Source: Takakia lepidozioides
Lineage: Eukaryota; Plantae; Bryophyta
DNA length: 64,000 nucleotides
Assembly (NCBI GenBank): GCA_030704615.1
Contig: CM060731.1
Span: forward strand, 94,798,001 to 94,862,000
Direction: 5' to 3'
Position 1 is the first letter of the stretch. Every line of letters begins with the position of its first letter. The notes beneath the pieces were generated by a model that saw only the letters and a program-made list of their open reading frames with translations, had not been told where the DNA came from and searched no databases. The translations under genes and the position numbers were made by a program. This document shows positions 38,282 to 50,240 of the stretch, piece by piece.

Positions 38282-41200
38282 ATGGCAGATTCCTCTGATT
38301 CTGAAAGAGAAGAAGAAGTGAGTGAGGATGAAGGGAAGAAAGAAGCTGCAGAAATGCAGAGTAATGAAGGGACTTTGGCTGAAGTAATATGCCAGTCCAA
38401 AGCGGAGATTACCATTGGACAGCTATTGGCTGTGGCACCTTATTGTAGACACAGGCTGTATCAAGCAATCAATCGAATTGCCCATGTGACAGGGAACACA
38501 GACCTGAACAGCAAGGTGACCAGTTATAATGTGAAGCCGGAAGGGCGAGAAACAGTCATGGACTTTGATGATTCTATGCCAGTAATCCAATTGAGAATTG
38601 GAAGCACAGAACTAACTGATGTACTGATAGATGGAGGCTCTGGAGTGAATATCATGACAGACCAATTAAGGCAGAAGCTTGGTCTAAGTAACATGAAACC
38701 AGCCCCATTTACAGTAACAATGGCAGATCAAAGAAGTGTACAGCCATTGGGATTGATAAGAGGAGTTAAGATACAGATTCAAAAGATGATCTTTATGATC
38801 ACAGTAACTGTGTTGAAAATGGATGAAGTCATGGAAGCTTACTCCTTATTGTTGGGACGACCGTGGCTGAAACAGGCCAGGGTATTCCATGACTGGAATT
38901 CCCAGTTACTAACTGTGCATGATGGGATGCACAAGATACAAATCACCACTAAGAAATCTAGTAGACTACCTGCTACGAGAAGACCTCGAGGGGTCAGGGA
39001 GTATGACTGGAGGGGAGGACTTGATGAGGAGCAGGAAGCTACCCTGTTCGCTGCACACCCAGAGTGGGAGCAGGTTGCAGAGATGCAACTGGAAGGCCTA
39101 AGTTGTTTAAAAGGTATCTGCTGTGGTGTAGTGACAGCAACACCAATTGAAGGTGAAACAAGCAGTTACCCACCACATTTCTATGAAGAAAGAGAGGGAG
39201 AAATGGAAATCCTAGAGGAACCAGCCACTGTGAGTTTACAGGATGAAGTGGTGACTGGTTGGACAATCACAGCTGATGAGCAGGTGAGAGAAGTGAATGT
39301 GGGAACTGAAGGGGAACCGAGGATGGTGAAGGTAGGGGCTGATTTGGAGCCAGAATTCTTTGAGGAAGCTAAGAGTCTGTTCATCAAATACAGAGATGTA
39401 TTTGCTTGGAGCTACGAGGATCTGAAAGGGATACCACCTGAGATCTGTCAGCATAAGATTGAACTGGAACCAGGGTCAGTACCAATCAAACAGGCAAGGT
39501 ACAGAATGAATCCCAACTATGCACAGAAGGTTGGAGAAGAGATCAAGAAGTTGGCTGAGGCTAAGTTTATATACCCGATAGAGTATACAACTTGGTTGTC
39601 ACCCATTGTGATAGTTCCCAAGAAGAATGGTAAACTGAGAGTTTGTGTGAACTATAAGAAGTTGAATGCTTGTACGAAGAAAGATCCTTTCCCTTTGCCA
39701 TTCACAGAAGCGGTATTGGACACTGTGGCAGGCCATGAGATGTACTCATTCATGGATGGCTTCAGTGGTTATAATCAAGTGCAAGTGGCAGAAGAAGACC
39801 AGGGAAAGACAGCTTTCATCACAGACTGGGGTGCTTATGCATACAAAGTCATGCCTTTTGGACTTTGTAATGCACCAGCAACCTTTCAGAGAGTGATAAG
39901 TGAATCTTTTCATGAGTATCTGGATGATTTCATGCAGGTGTTCTTGGATGATTTCAGTGTGTACAGCTCTAAGAATGAGCACTTGCATAAATTGGAGTTA
40001 TGTTTGGCCAGATGCAGGATGAGAGGTCTGGGCCTGAATCCAGAGAAGTGTACTTTCTGTGTGAACTCAGGGGTGCTTTTGGGACACATTGTGTGTAAGA
40101 GGGGACTTCTTGTGGATCCCAAAAGACAGAGGCCATTAAAGCCTCTCCACCACCAGTAAATGTTAAGAGTCTAAGGAGATTCCTTGGACAAACCAGTTAT
40201 TACAGAAGATTTGTCAGACGGTATGCACAGATAGCAGCACCATTGAGCAAGCTTCTGAAGAAAGATGCAGTGTTTGCATGGACAGCTGAATGTCAACAGG
40301 CTTTTGAGGAACTTACATTGTCAGTAACAACTACACCTGTGCTGATTAACCCTCACTGGCATGTAGTATTTCATGTTCACTGTGATGCCTCAGGAGAAGC
40401 GTTGGGAGCAGTGTTAGCCCAAAATGTTACAGGAAATATAGATTCACCTGTGTACTATGCTAGCAGGTTGATGAACAGTGCTGAAAGGAACTATAGCACA
40501 ACTGAAAGAGAAGCACTGGCAATGATTTATGCAGTCAAGAAATTCAGGCATTACCTATTGGGAAGAAAGTTTATGTTTTATGTGGATCACCAGGCTCTGA
40601 TATATCTGGTGAACAAACCTTTGATAAGTGGAAGGATAGCAAGGTGGTTAATAATCTTGCACGAGTTTGAGTTCGAAGTTGTTTACAAGCCTGGCCGTTT
40701 GCATCTTGTGGCAGATCACTTGTCACGCCTATCAACAGGAGAGCCCGCCACAGGAGTAGACGACCAATTACCTGATGCGAGTTTATTTGCAGTGGAGGTG
40801 CAGGGAAGTGCAGATGACTGGTTAGATTGGCAGTGGCCAATCAGATACTACCTTACTCATGGTCAGTGCCCACCTAGTTATGGTAAGGAGCAGAGGAAGA
40901 GAATCGCTATCAAGGCTTTACCTTATACTATGGTAGGGGGCAGAATGTATAAGCTAGGACCTGATGGAGTACTTAAACGATGCTTGTACCACCATGAAGT
41001 AAATAAAGTTTTGGAGGAAGTTCATAAAGGAGTGGCTGGAGGTCATTTTGGAGAAGAGACTACCAGTAGAAAGATACTACTTGCAGGTTACTGGTGGCCT
41101 ACTTTGTTCAAGGATGTACACAAGTATTGTCAGAGTTGTGATGAGTGTCAGAGGCTAGGACCATTGCAGAGATCTGGGAAGATGGCTTTGCATCCTACGA

Positions 41201-42168
41201 TGCCTACTGAACCATTTCAGAAATGGGGACTAGACTTTGTTGGACCAATTAACCCACCAGCCAAGAATACACAGAACAAGTATATAATCACAGCCACTGA
41301 TTATACTACAAAGTGGGTGGAAGCTAAAGCTCTGAGGGACAACACAGCTAAGTCCACAGCAAGGTTCCTGTATGAGAACATACTTACACGATTTGGCTGT
41401 CCCCTGGAATTTATCAGTGACCAGGGAAGTCACTTCATTAATGAGACCATTGAACTATTGACTAAAGAGTTCATGATTGTGCATAGGAAGAGTACAACAT
41501 ATTACCCACAGGGTAATGGGCAGGCAGAGGCTACCAACAAAATACTATGTACTATCTTGGCTAAGATAGTCAATGCAAACAGAACAGATTGGGATACAAA
41601 GCTGCTGACAGCTTTGTGGTCATACAGGACTTCATATAAAGTCACCACTAAGTATACACCATTCCAATTAGTTTATGGTATGGAAGCTTTACTTCCAGTG
41701 GAATTCTTGTTACCTACCATGAGAACTGAATGGGGAAGGAGAATGGAATTGGAAGATTCAATTAAGGTCAGGAAACATGAATTATACCATGTGGAAGAAG
41801 TACGTGCTGATGCAGCTGATAACATGACCAGAATTCAGATGAAGAGGAAGGATCAGTTTGATGAAGGTAAATTAAAGACTTTTAAGACGGGAGATTTGGT
41901 ACTGTGGTTGCAGAAGAAGGGGAAGATTAAAGCTTCTAAGCTTAAATCACCATGGAAAGGACCTTATGTCATACAGAAGATGTATGATAATAACACCGCC
42001 ATGTTACAAACCATTAACAAAGAAATGCTGGGAAGAGTCAATGCCAATAAGTTGAAGGCGTACAGTGGTATCCATGACAAACCATTGCAGCACGATTTGC
42101 ATGTTGAAACAAAAACAGTCACGGGCTGCGCCAGTGATACCAACGGAGTATGGAGCACTTGTCGCTAA
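38282..42168 (+). pseudogene. pol: protease, RT, RNase H, integrase
   Basis: VLIDGGS; KLRVCVNYKKLN, FMDGFSGYNQ, MPFGLCNAPATFQR, FLDDF; CDAS, TTEREAL; HHCC, WGLDF, SDQG, NGQAE, GPY. One frameshift near 40125. Confidence 0.95.
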
Positions 42169-42211
42169 GCCGAGCGTGTATGACCAGGGCGGGAAGTACA
42201 AGTGTTTGCAT

Positions 42212-42376
42212 AGCTATCACAGCCCAACACAGCCTATCACAGCCCATCACAGCGTGACACAGCCTATCACAGCCCATCACAGTGTCACACAGCCTATCAC
42301 AGCCCATCACAGTGTCACACAGCCTATCACAGCCCACCACAGTGCCACACAGCCTATCACAGCCCAACACAGCCTA
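42212..42376. repeat. 30-bp (3x10) CACAGC minisatellite between pol and the 3' ORF
   Basis: CACAGCCTATCACAGCCCATCACAGTGTCA repeated about five times; a decayed equivalent lies at 33290-33390. Confidence 0.9.
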
Positions 42377-45300
42377 TGCAGGTTACACAGTCCATTAGGT
42401 CAGTGACAGGTGGACGCGGGTTAACGTCAGAAAAGTGGCCATCAAGTGAAGAAGAAGTTTGGAAGTCAAACTTGGAGAATATGCCACGCGGAGAGGGGAA
42501 GTCGGGGGCATGTCTAGAAATGGACACGTGGCCACTAAGGCGAAGCACACCGCACTGCATCAATTGCAAGAGTGGGTCTCATCATGCAAGAGGACAAATC
42601 GGGCCGTCAAAGTACCTACCCGGTACATCAGCTAAGACTATTTGTGGGCCCATTAATGCATTCAGAGTAAGGGTAACGGAACCCTTTCCGAGTACAGAAA
42701 AGAGGGACCTATGCCACATGTGCTGTCCTACTGGACATTCCAGGTGGGAATGTCCACGGAGGGGGGTGGAATTAAGAAGTTACCTAAGCAGGCAACAGCC
42801 AATCAGGAGTGCGAATTACATGCAGGTGGTTCCCTCCAAGAAACAAGAACAAGAAATAGGAAGTGTTATGAGCGGAAGAGTCGGGGTGGCTCCGAATAGC
42901 CAGTGTCTCGACGGTAGGGGCAATCAAAGCACTAGCTTTGTAGCTATGGCGGATGTAACGGATTACACACTCGCTTTACTTCTCACGCAGTGGCGCAAGG
43001 ACGGACGAATTGAGAGTACATTTTCTCTCACTCGATACTTGCAAGCCCCACAGGCTTACACGCACTTACCTGTTCCATTCTGTGCCAACCATACCTTCAT
43101 GCTCTGTGCCCTGCAAGCTTTCCTTCAGCTGTTTCAAACAAAGCCTTTTTGTTTGTCTAGAATGAAGAGAGTGAGGGGAATGGAGGATATCAGGGTGAAG
43201 AGCACCACGATTCTGCAGAAGCAAACAATTGCAGCACCGCAGGCAGTGCAGCTGCTAAGGGAGTTGCGATTGGAGGGGCTGCTACGCAAGGACTGGTCCT
43301 TGCATCATCGGCAGTATATGATTCAATTTCTTCAGAACTTTGAGCCTCGGACGGGAGTTACCCAGGTGAGGGGAGTAGATATAGAAATTACTCCCCAGTA
43401 CTTGCAGCAATTGTTTGATTTGCCATCAGGTCATGTGGATGTGGATGAGCACAGGGCAAGATTGCAGATAGGGAATTTGTTCCAAGAAGGGAGTTTCTTT
43501 AAGACTCAAGGTTACGCTTGTACCAAAGCCGAGTACCCAGGGCTCAGAGAAGTTGGCCAAATATTGAACGTTCTGTTTGCCATGAAACAGAACCAACAGT
43601 ATTTGAGCAGGTCATTCACAGAGGAGATCCTGAAAGCTTTGAGGGGAGAGGATGTAGCTTGGGCGGAGTTAATGTACAATGGTCTGGTGGACGAGATGAA
43701 GAGGTTACAGGGCACTGCTGCTAAGTCTCCGATCATTGTGTCTGGTCCAGTCATTGCCCAAATCATTCTTGACTCTTGCATACTTGATACTCGGGAACGT
43801 AAGGAGATGGGAGTGTTTGAGGCAGTAACCACTGCAATTGAAGAGCAGGGCTCTTCACATAGTGAGGGTGGACTGGCAGGGCAACACCAGTCTAAGAGAC
43901 AGAAGCGGGGTATGACTGTAGTGGCGGATCCACTGGCTTCACGGAAACCGCAAGATGATGTTTCCCAAGCTCTTGTGCAGGATGGGGCACAGCAGCACAG
44001 AAGGCTGTTATTATTGGAAGCACGGCCTTCGGAGAGGGAAGAGGAAGTCAATTCGGTACCACAGCCACCACAGCCAATTGACTCAGTTGTCTTAGAGGTT
44101 CCACAGTTAGAACATGCTGTGACACCACCCCCAATTGCTCTGGACGGAGAAAGGTTGGACATTCCCACTACAGAGCAGGTCGTGGCAGAAATTGAGAAGG
44201 GTGACCTTCTCTATGAAAACTCTGGCTTGGTAAGGGAATCAGTGGTTCCAGAGGTGCAGCGTTTGTCCAGGGAAAACCCTGCTGTGCATGTAATACCCAC
44301 ACCTGTGACGGAGGTACCAGGGGTAGAATATAAGGACACTGCAGCACCTGTGGAGGATGAGGTGGTTCAGGAAGAGGATCTGGTGGGGCAATGGCCTGAA
44401 TGGTTGGTGAGGCATCACACTGTGGAGGATCAGGGAGAACAGCAGCAAGTTCACCATGATGACCCCCAGCAGGCCATGCTTATGAGTTCCATAAGCAGGA
44501 CACTTAATTTGTTGGGCACTTATGTGAAATCCCATGTTCCATCTACCCAATTGGCAGCTTTGAGGGAGGAACTCAGGAAGGAGTTTGAGGCTCGAATTGC
44601 CACTGAGTGTGCTAACAAGGTAGATGAGGAGGTCAATCTCAAGTTACAGCAAGAGTTGGAGGACACAAAGGCTGCCTTGCAGTTGGCCAAGGGACATTTG
44701 ATTGAAGCAGGCCTCGAGCAGGACCAGTTGCATGAAGCACATAAGCAACAGTTATACCAATTGCAGGTGAAGCATGAGGGCAAGTTGCAAGAAGTGAACG
44801 TACTACATACAGAGTTGGAGGCAGTACATGAGAAGATGACCATACAATGTGCTACACTCACAACTACTCTAGAGCAAACTGCATTAGAAGTTAACAGACA
44901 AGGGAGAGATGTATGAGGGCAGAAGCTGAGATAATAGAGCAAGCAAAACTCATTGTTGATATGAAGAATACAATCTGTCGCAATGAGAATACTTTCAAAC
45001 AATACAGACAGGTTGAGGCTGACCAGGAGAGGTACATCCTGGAGTTGCAACAAACAGTCATGGTCAATAGAAATGAACTCTCTGTGGCTAACAAGGCTTG
45101 GAAGGAAGCCAATAATCTGGCTGCTGCCTATGCGGGCCTGGTTGAACCTCATGCAAAGCGCATGGAGGCTTTACAGCAGCAGTTAGATGTGTACAGACTC
45201 ACGGAGGAGCAGACTCTCAGGGGTGCCACACAGGACTTGGTGGATAACCACCTTATGCAGGTCTGGTTAGCACAAGGGCCGGTAGAAGGCAAAGCACCAC

Positions 45301-46700
45301 GGAAGCTCACCCAGGGCGAGATGAATGAGCTCAGATTGCAGGTGCAGAACATTGCCACAACTACTATAGACAATGTCTATAGTAGGATAGCGGAGCTACA
45401 AGAGGATGTGGAAGGCCTGCAGACTCAAGTGGATGACCTGAGTTCAAATATTGACAAGAGAGTCTTTGTTCCTGAGGAGCAGCTGATGGCTACTTATTTA
45501 CATGCCAGGACTCTAATTTTTCAGTCTTCTTCGCAGGAGATGCCAGTGGTAGAAGGGCCAGTGGTACCAATACCACAGCAGGTGGATGTGCAGGTAGCTG
45601 ACCCTGTTGTTACTACAGCCACACCACAGCCTGAGGTATGGGGGGATGCTGCTTTTAACCCACCTAGGACTCCTGCTGCACGGGAGTACAGTCGGGCTAT
45701 GATTATGCCCTTCAACCAAATTCCCATTGTGCTGGATTTGGCTTGGAAGGAATTTAGTCCTCCGCAGTCGTTGGCACATTACTACCAGATCATGCGCATT
45801 TGGTTGCCGGTGGCAACTCGGACTAAGGTTCTTCCGAACAATCGACCCATTGAGGATCATCACTTTGCAAGGTACTGGTCTGAGGCAGGTACCATGCTGA
45901 AGGAATTAATTGCCTTCCAGGTTGTACATGGGTACATTTATACCAAGACCAAGGAGGTATCTAGTATTGTCATGGGCTGTGGATTATACTATGTTGCTTG
46001 TTTTCTGGCACGTTATCACATTGAGCAGCAGAGGATGCAATCACGATTTCTGAGTTATTCCAGTGGGGATCATTGGGTCTTACCTTCAATGCCACCTCAT
46101 ATGTACCTATATGATGCAAAAGTTATGATGCAGAAGGATTCCCAACTTCGTTCATGGTTTAATTCGGCTTGGAACAATTTGACAACATAGAAATTTGGCC
46201 CTGAGGATATTTTCTTTAAGGGACATGAAGCCTGGAAATACTTACACTGTTCCAAAGTCATTGGCACACCTCTCACCTATACGGATAAGGAGTTCAGGGT
46301 GTTCACTAATTTTGCTTGCAAGCGCTTACAACAAGTTATACAGTTTAAACTTCCAGACATGGTGGGACCACATTGTATGCCACACAGGATTCCACTTAAA
46401 GTTCGGCCGTTAAAACACCTAAGGGGGGACGAGGATTCTGATACTACTGTTTCTTCATAGGACTCTTTTGACATGGCAGAGGACTATGCACTTCAGATGG
46501 CAGAGAAGAAACGACGGGGATCTCCTATGCCTGAGAGGTTACCTCGTTATCAGCCAAAGGAGGGTCAGACATTTCCAGGTAGTGCTCAATCATCTCCATC
46601 AGCCAGTGACAGGACTCGGGCTCGCACACGGAGTCCTTCACGCGACTCTCACCGACAGAAGGGTGCTCGCTCACAAAGGTTTGCTGATCCCAAACAGTAA
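42376..46700 (+). pseudogene. Large sense 3' extra ORF (846 aa + 425 aa + tail, frameshifted)
   Basis: CHMCCPTGHSRWEC knuckle; VRGVDIEITPQYLQQLFDLP resembles the plant-transposon-protein motif of Athila-like extra ORFs; long E/Q/L coiled-coil stretch. Conserved in the older copy. Confidence 0.75.
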
Positions 46701-46721
46701 ACCGTGAGGACACGGCTTTTT

Positions 46722-46735
46722 GAGAGGGGGAGGGG
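46722..46735 (+). promoter_or_regulatory. Polypurine tract
   Basis: GAGAGGGGGAGGGG ending 3 nt before the 3' LTR. Confidence 0.9.
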
Positions 46736-46738
46736 TAA

Positions 46739-47291
46739 TGTTAGAGGGCTGCTTGGGACTTAGACGCTTTTACGGGTTCTGTGGGGTACCCTTAATTTTT
46801 GCGCAGACTGAGACCAACAGGAGCCTTAGGGGTGGCAGCAGCAGGCTTTAGGGGGGTTACACAGCCCGACACAACTTTACACAGCCCGCCACAGCTTCGC
46901 ACAGCCAGTCACAGCCCGACACAGCTTCACACAGCCTGTCACAGTACATGCGGAACAGTTATCATTGACAAGGAACGACTGTGAGGAAACGACATCTGCA
47001 GAGGGAACGTGTTACTTCAGGGGTGACGGTTAGTTAGTTAGGTGGTTAGAATAGCTTGCGGGTAGATTAGGAGGGCGGCAACGGGAAGGGGATCACTTCT
47101 GGAGGAGGGCGACTTCTTGAGGAGAGGAGGAGACATAATGGAGAGTGGAAAATAGTGTAGAGGAGATGATGACTTGAATGAGGCTTAGTTCATGCAAGCT
47201 GCAGAATTATACAGAAGGATATAATAGAGACACCATGGAATAGGCATGATACATGATTAATCTTAATCCGATACTAAATCGATACAAACAT
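46739..47291 (+). repeat. 3' LTR, 5' portion only
   Basis: Matches 34474-35196 with scattered transitions and fewer 10-bp repeats, then breaks off at ...GATACAAACAT. Confidence 0.93.
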
Positions 47292-47800
47292 GGCCAGTGT
47301 GCATCAGGTGCGGTCTTGGATTGGATCGGCGGTGCTATTGGATGTAGTAGCGGTGGGATCACGCGTGCATCGACCTCGATTGTGGTGGACCAATCTTGCA
47401 CCATCAGAGCTGCTCAAGAGAGCATACGATTCCATTCAACGGCCATCCAATCTCACGGTTGAAGGCATTTTGGACTAAGGGAGGCAACCACAGAGAGTGC
47501 GACATGATGATCGTACACCTCTAGCAGTGGTCAATCGAGTGGGGCAGCCACGTGCGGCCTTATCTACGCTCATGAGCTTTCCTCGTCTCATGCTTTCCGA
47601 GACAATGGTCCTGGGTTGATTTGGGATAGTGTGCTACAACAATTGGTGGAGCACAATACGGATGAGCGAGAACGGGCAATGGGTTTTACCACGGGCACTA
47701 CAGATGTGTCAGCTCTGTCAGAGGTATCACGCCGCCAAGTGTTGGGTCAAGCAATGGATTTAAATTGCTTGACATGGATAATTGGCTTGTGCATGGCTGA
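47292..47800 (+). pseudogene. DNMT3-like C5-cytosine methyltransferase C-terminal half within a gypsy pol
   Basis: LLDVVAVGSRVHRPRLWWTNL (motif VIII; compare DNMT3 IDAKEVSAAHRARYFWGNL), ERERAMGFTTGTTD (motif IX; compare EMERVFGFPVHYTD), RRQVLGQAM (motif X; compare RQRLLGRSW). Confidence 0.8.
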
Positions 47801-49145
47801 GCAAGGAGATTGCAAGCATTGGTGGCTACTTTTGTACTCCCATTGGATAGTGCATCCTCCCTGCCAACCGGGACGGTTGAGGCAGTGAGTAGGGGCGAGC
47901 ACAGGATCATGGGTTGCAAACACCCATGGCAGATGTGGGATGAGATGCGCAAAGAGAGAGTCATTGGATCTCTCAAGCAGCAGTATGAGGAGTGGGGAGA
48001 GCCACGGACTAATGATCAGTTGGAGGCCAAGGTGGCCAAGGTTTTTGAAGAGGTGAGAATATTTCTTGCTCAGAGGATATTCTCAAGGTGGCTATGGCGG
48101 AGCAAGTACAGACTACGCCACAGTCAGATTGGGCGGACAAGGCCTAAGAGGTTGCTATCTAGCAACCAAAGGATTCGTTCTCCTACCTCCAAGTCTGGTG
48201 TACCCGGTTGCAGTCATAGGGACAATTGGGAACCAGATGTTGGACCTACAGTCACCGGAGGAGAGATGGAGGATCCAGCAATTTCAAAGGGGCTTATATA
48301 AATTGTTTTGCCTTCAGTTTGAAGGATTTGGGGAATTGAAGGGTCAGGAGATTTGTAATGATTTGGCAAGTGACACGCCAATCTTTCAAAGGCCCTACCG
48401 GTATAGTGACATGGAGAGGTCATTGATCCAGTCACGGACTATGGAGTTGTTCAAAGCTGGATTGGTGGAGTTGTCAGGCGGGGAGTATGCCTCTTCAACG
48501 GTGATGCCAGCTAAAAAGGAATCTATGGCAATTGGACAGAAAGAAGGATGTGTGGGGACTATCGTCCTGTGAACCGTCAGACTAAGTCCGATAGATATGC
48601 CATGCCAAACTCCAGAGGAGATCTTTGATGCTATTGGACATACAAAAGGTTTAGCACATTGGACTGCGATCCGGTTACCACCAGTTGCCAATCAAAGAGG
48701 TGACAAGCAAAAGATGGCATTCTGGGGGATTGACCAACAGGGAAGGAGGATTGGTTGTACCAATGCGGTTCTTACCGTTTGGGTTGAAGAAGAATGCTCC
48801 TGAGAGTTTCAGAGGGTCATGGATAGGATTCTCGCGGGCTAGACTTCGCCTGGGTGCTACATTGATGACATCATTGTCTTTAGTGCTACGGTTGAGGAAC
48901 ATGAGAGACACTTCATGTGGTATTTGGACGCTTGAGAGCGCACGGGTTGAAACTGCACCGGAGAAAGTGCAAGTTCTTCCACAATCAGATTGAGTATCTG
49001 GGCCCCATGATATACCCTGGAGGATTGGGTGTTCAACAGACAAAGTGGAGGCCTTGCATGCATTCACGCCCAGAGTGTGAGCAGAGTTCTGCTTTCATGG
49101 GATGGCCAAACTACTATCGACGGTTGTCAAGGGATTTCATTGCAA
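47800..49145 (+). pseudogene. Linker and gypsy RT of the DNMT-bearing family
   Basis: PIFQRPYRYS, RRMCGDYRPVNRQTKSDRYAMP, SGYHQLPIK, LPFGLK, YIDD, KCKFF..IEYLG. Many indels. Confidence 0.9.
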
Positions 49146-50240
49146 GGAGCTTCAAGACCTGGGTCAGAGTGGCTCTGCTATTTCATGAGTATGACAAGGC
49201 ATGACATAGTAGTCAATGTTTTCATGCAGTTAGTAGTAAGGTTTGAAACATGAGAGGACAGTTCTTAGCAGTATTGGTAGTGAGGCGGAGGCAGTGTGAA
49301 AGGGAGGTAGTAAGGCACAGCGGTTTACAGTGAGAAGTATCAGGAAAGTGCGCAAAAGTACAGAGTTAGTATCAGTACTAATGCAGTATGTATCAGTGAT
49401 ATAGTATAGTAAAAGGAGTATAATTAAGGGTTGTGAAGGAGTAAACAATCAGAGAAAGCAGTAGTAGAGTTTGTTAGGAGGTTGTCGACTAGGATGAGTA
49501 TGTTAGAGTAGTGCAAGTGCAGATTTGTGCTAAGAGTATGGGGATTTGGCGACTAGTCGTAATAGAATAATGACGGTAAGTTCGTAAGATGATTAGCAGT
49601 CTAGGGTCTAGCCGAACAAATAATGGAAAGTGTCCGTGCATAGTGTGCAGGTGAGTGAAAGGTAGTGTCGGAGAGGTAGGATTTGGAAATGGGTAGTGAG
49701 TGGCATGAGCGGCATGAGAGGTCTGAGTTGGATGTAAAATGAGTGAATGTAAGCAGTAGTAGTTAGTACCGTCATTCAGTGAGTACACAGTGGAAGTACA
49801 AATTTCGAAATAAAAAACAATTAAAAAACACTTAATGCAATGTGTCAAGAAAAACAATTTATTATTCGGTCCTTGAAGGGAAACTGCAGTTTTGACAGTT
49901 GTGCATGATATTTCGTATTCCGCTCATGCAATTCCAGCGACATGTGCAAATGGCGCCGAATTCGCGGTAATATGGTCCGTAACCTGAAAAAACGGCAACG
50001 TATTCGCAGTAATAGGTCCTCTGGCAAAATTGGTGCCGAAAATTCGCGGCTATAGGCCCTCATGACAGGTAATCGGCGCCATTTTTCCAGAAATGGCCCA
50101 ACAACTGATTCTGTTGGATCCAATTTGAATGGAATATTTGCCTCAGTCAGGAGTTTGGGGTGCATGTCATTACACTGCAAAAAAAATATGATACAGCAAA
50201 ATGCATTGACAAAATCAATTGGAGGATTCCCTTTGCCCCA

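Larger units (their letters stand above)
34474..47291 (+). mobile_element. Near-complete non-chromoviral Ty3/gypsy retrotransposon with extra ORFs
   Basis: 5' LTR, PBS, gag, PR-RT-RH-INT order, PPT and partial 3' LTR. No chromodomain after GPY and no second RNase H seen. Several frameshifts. Confidence 0.95.

Noticed and set aside
42376-46190. Envelope gene
   Set aside because: No signal peptide or transmembrane helix is evident; kept as an unknown accessory ORF.
49160-49800. Purine-rich LTR-like stretch
   Set aside because: No termini, TSD or second copy could be identified.
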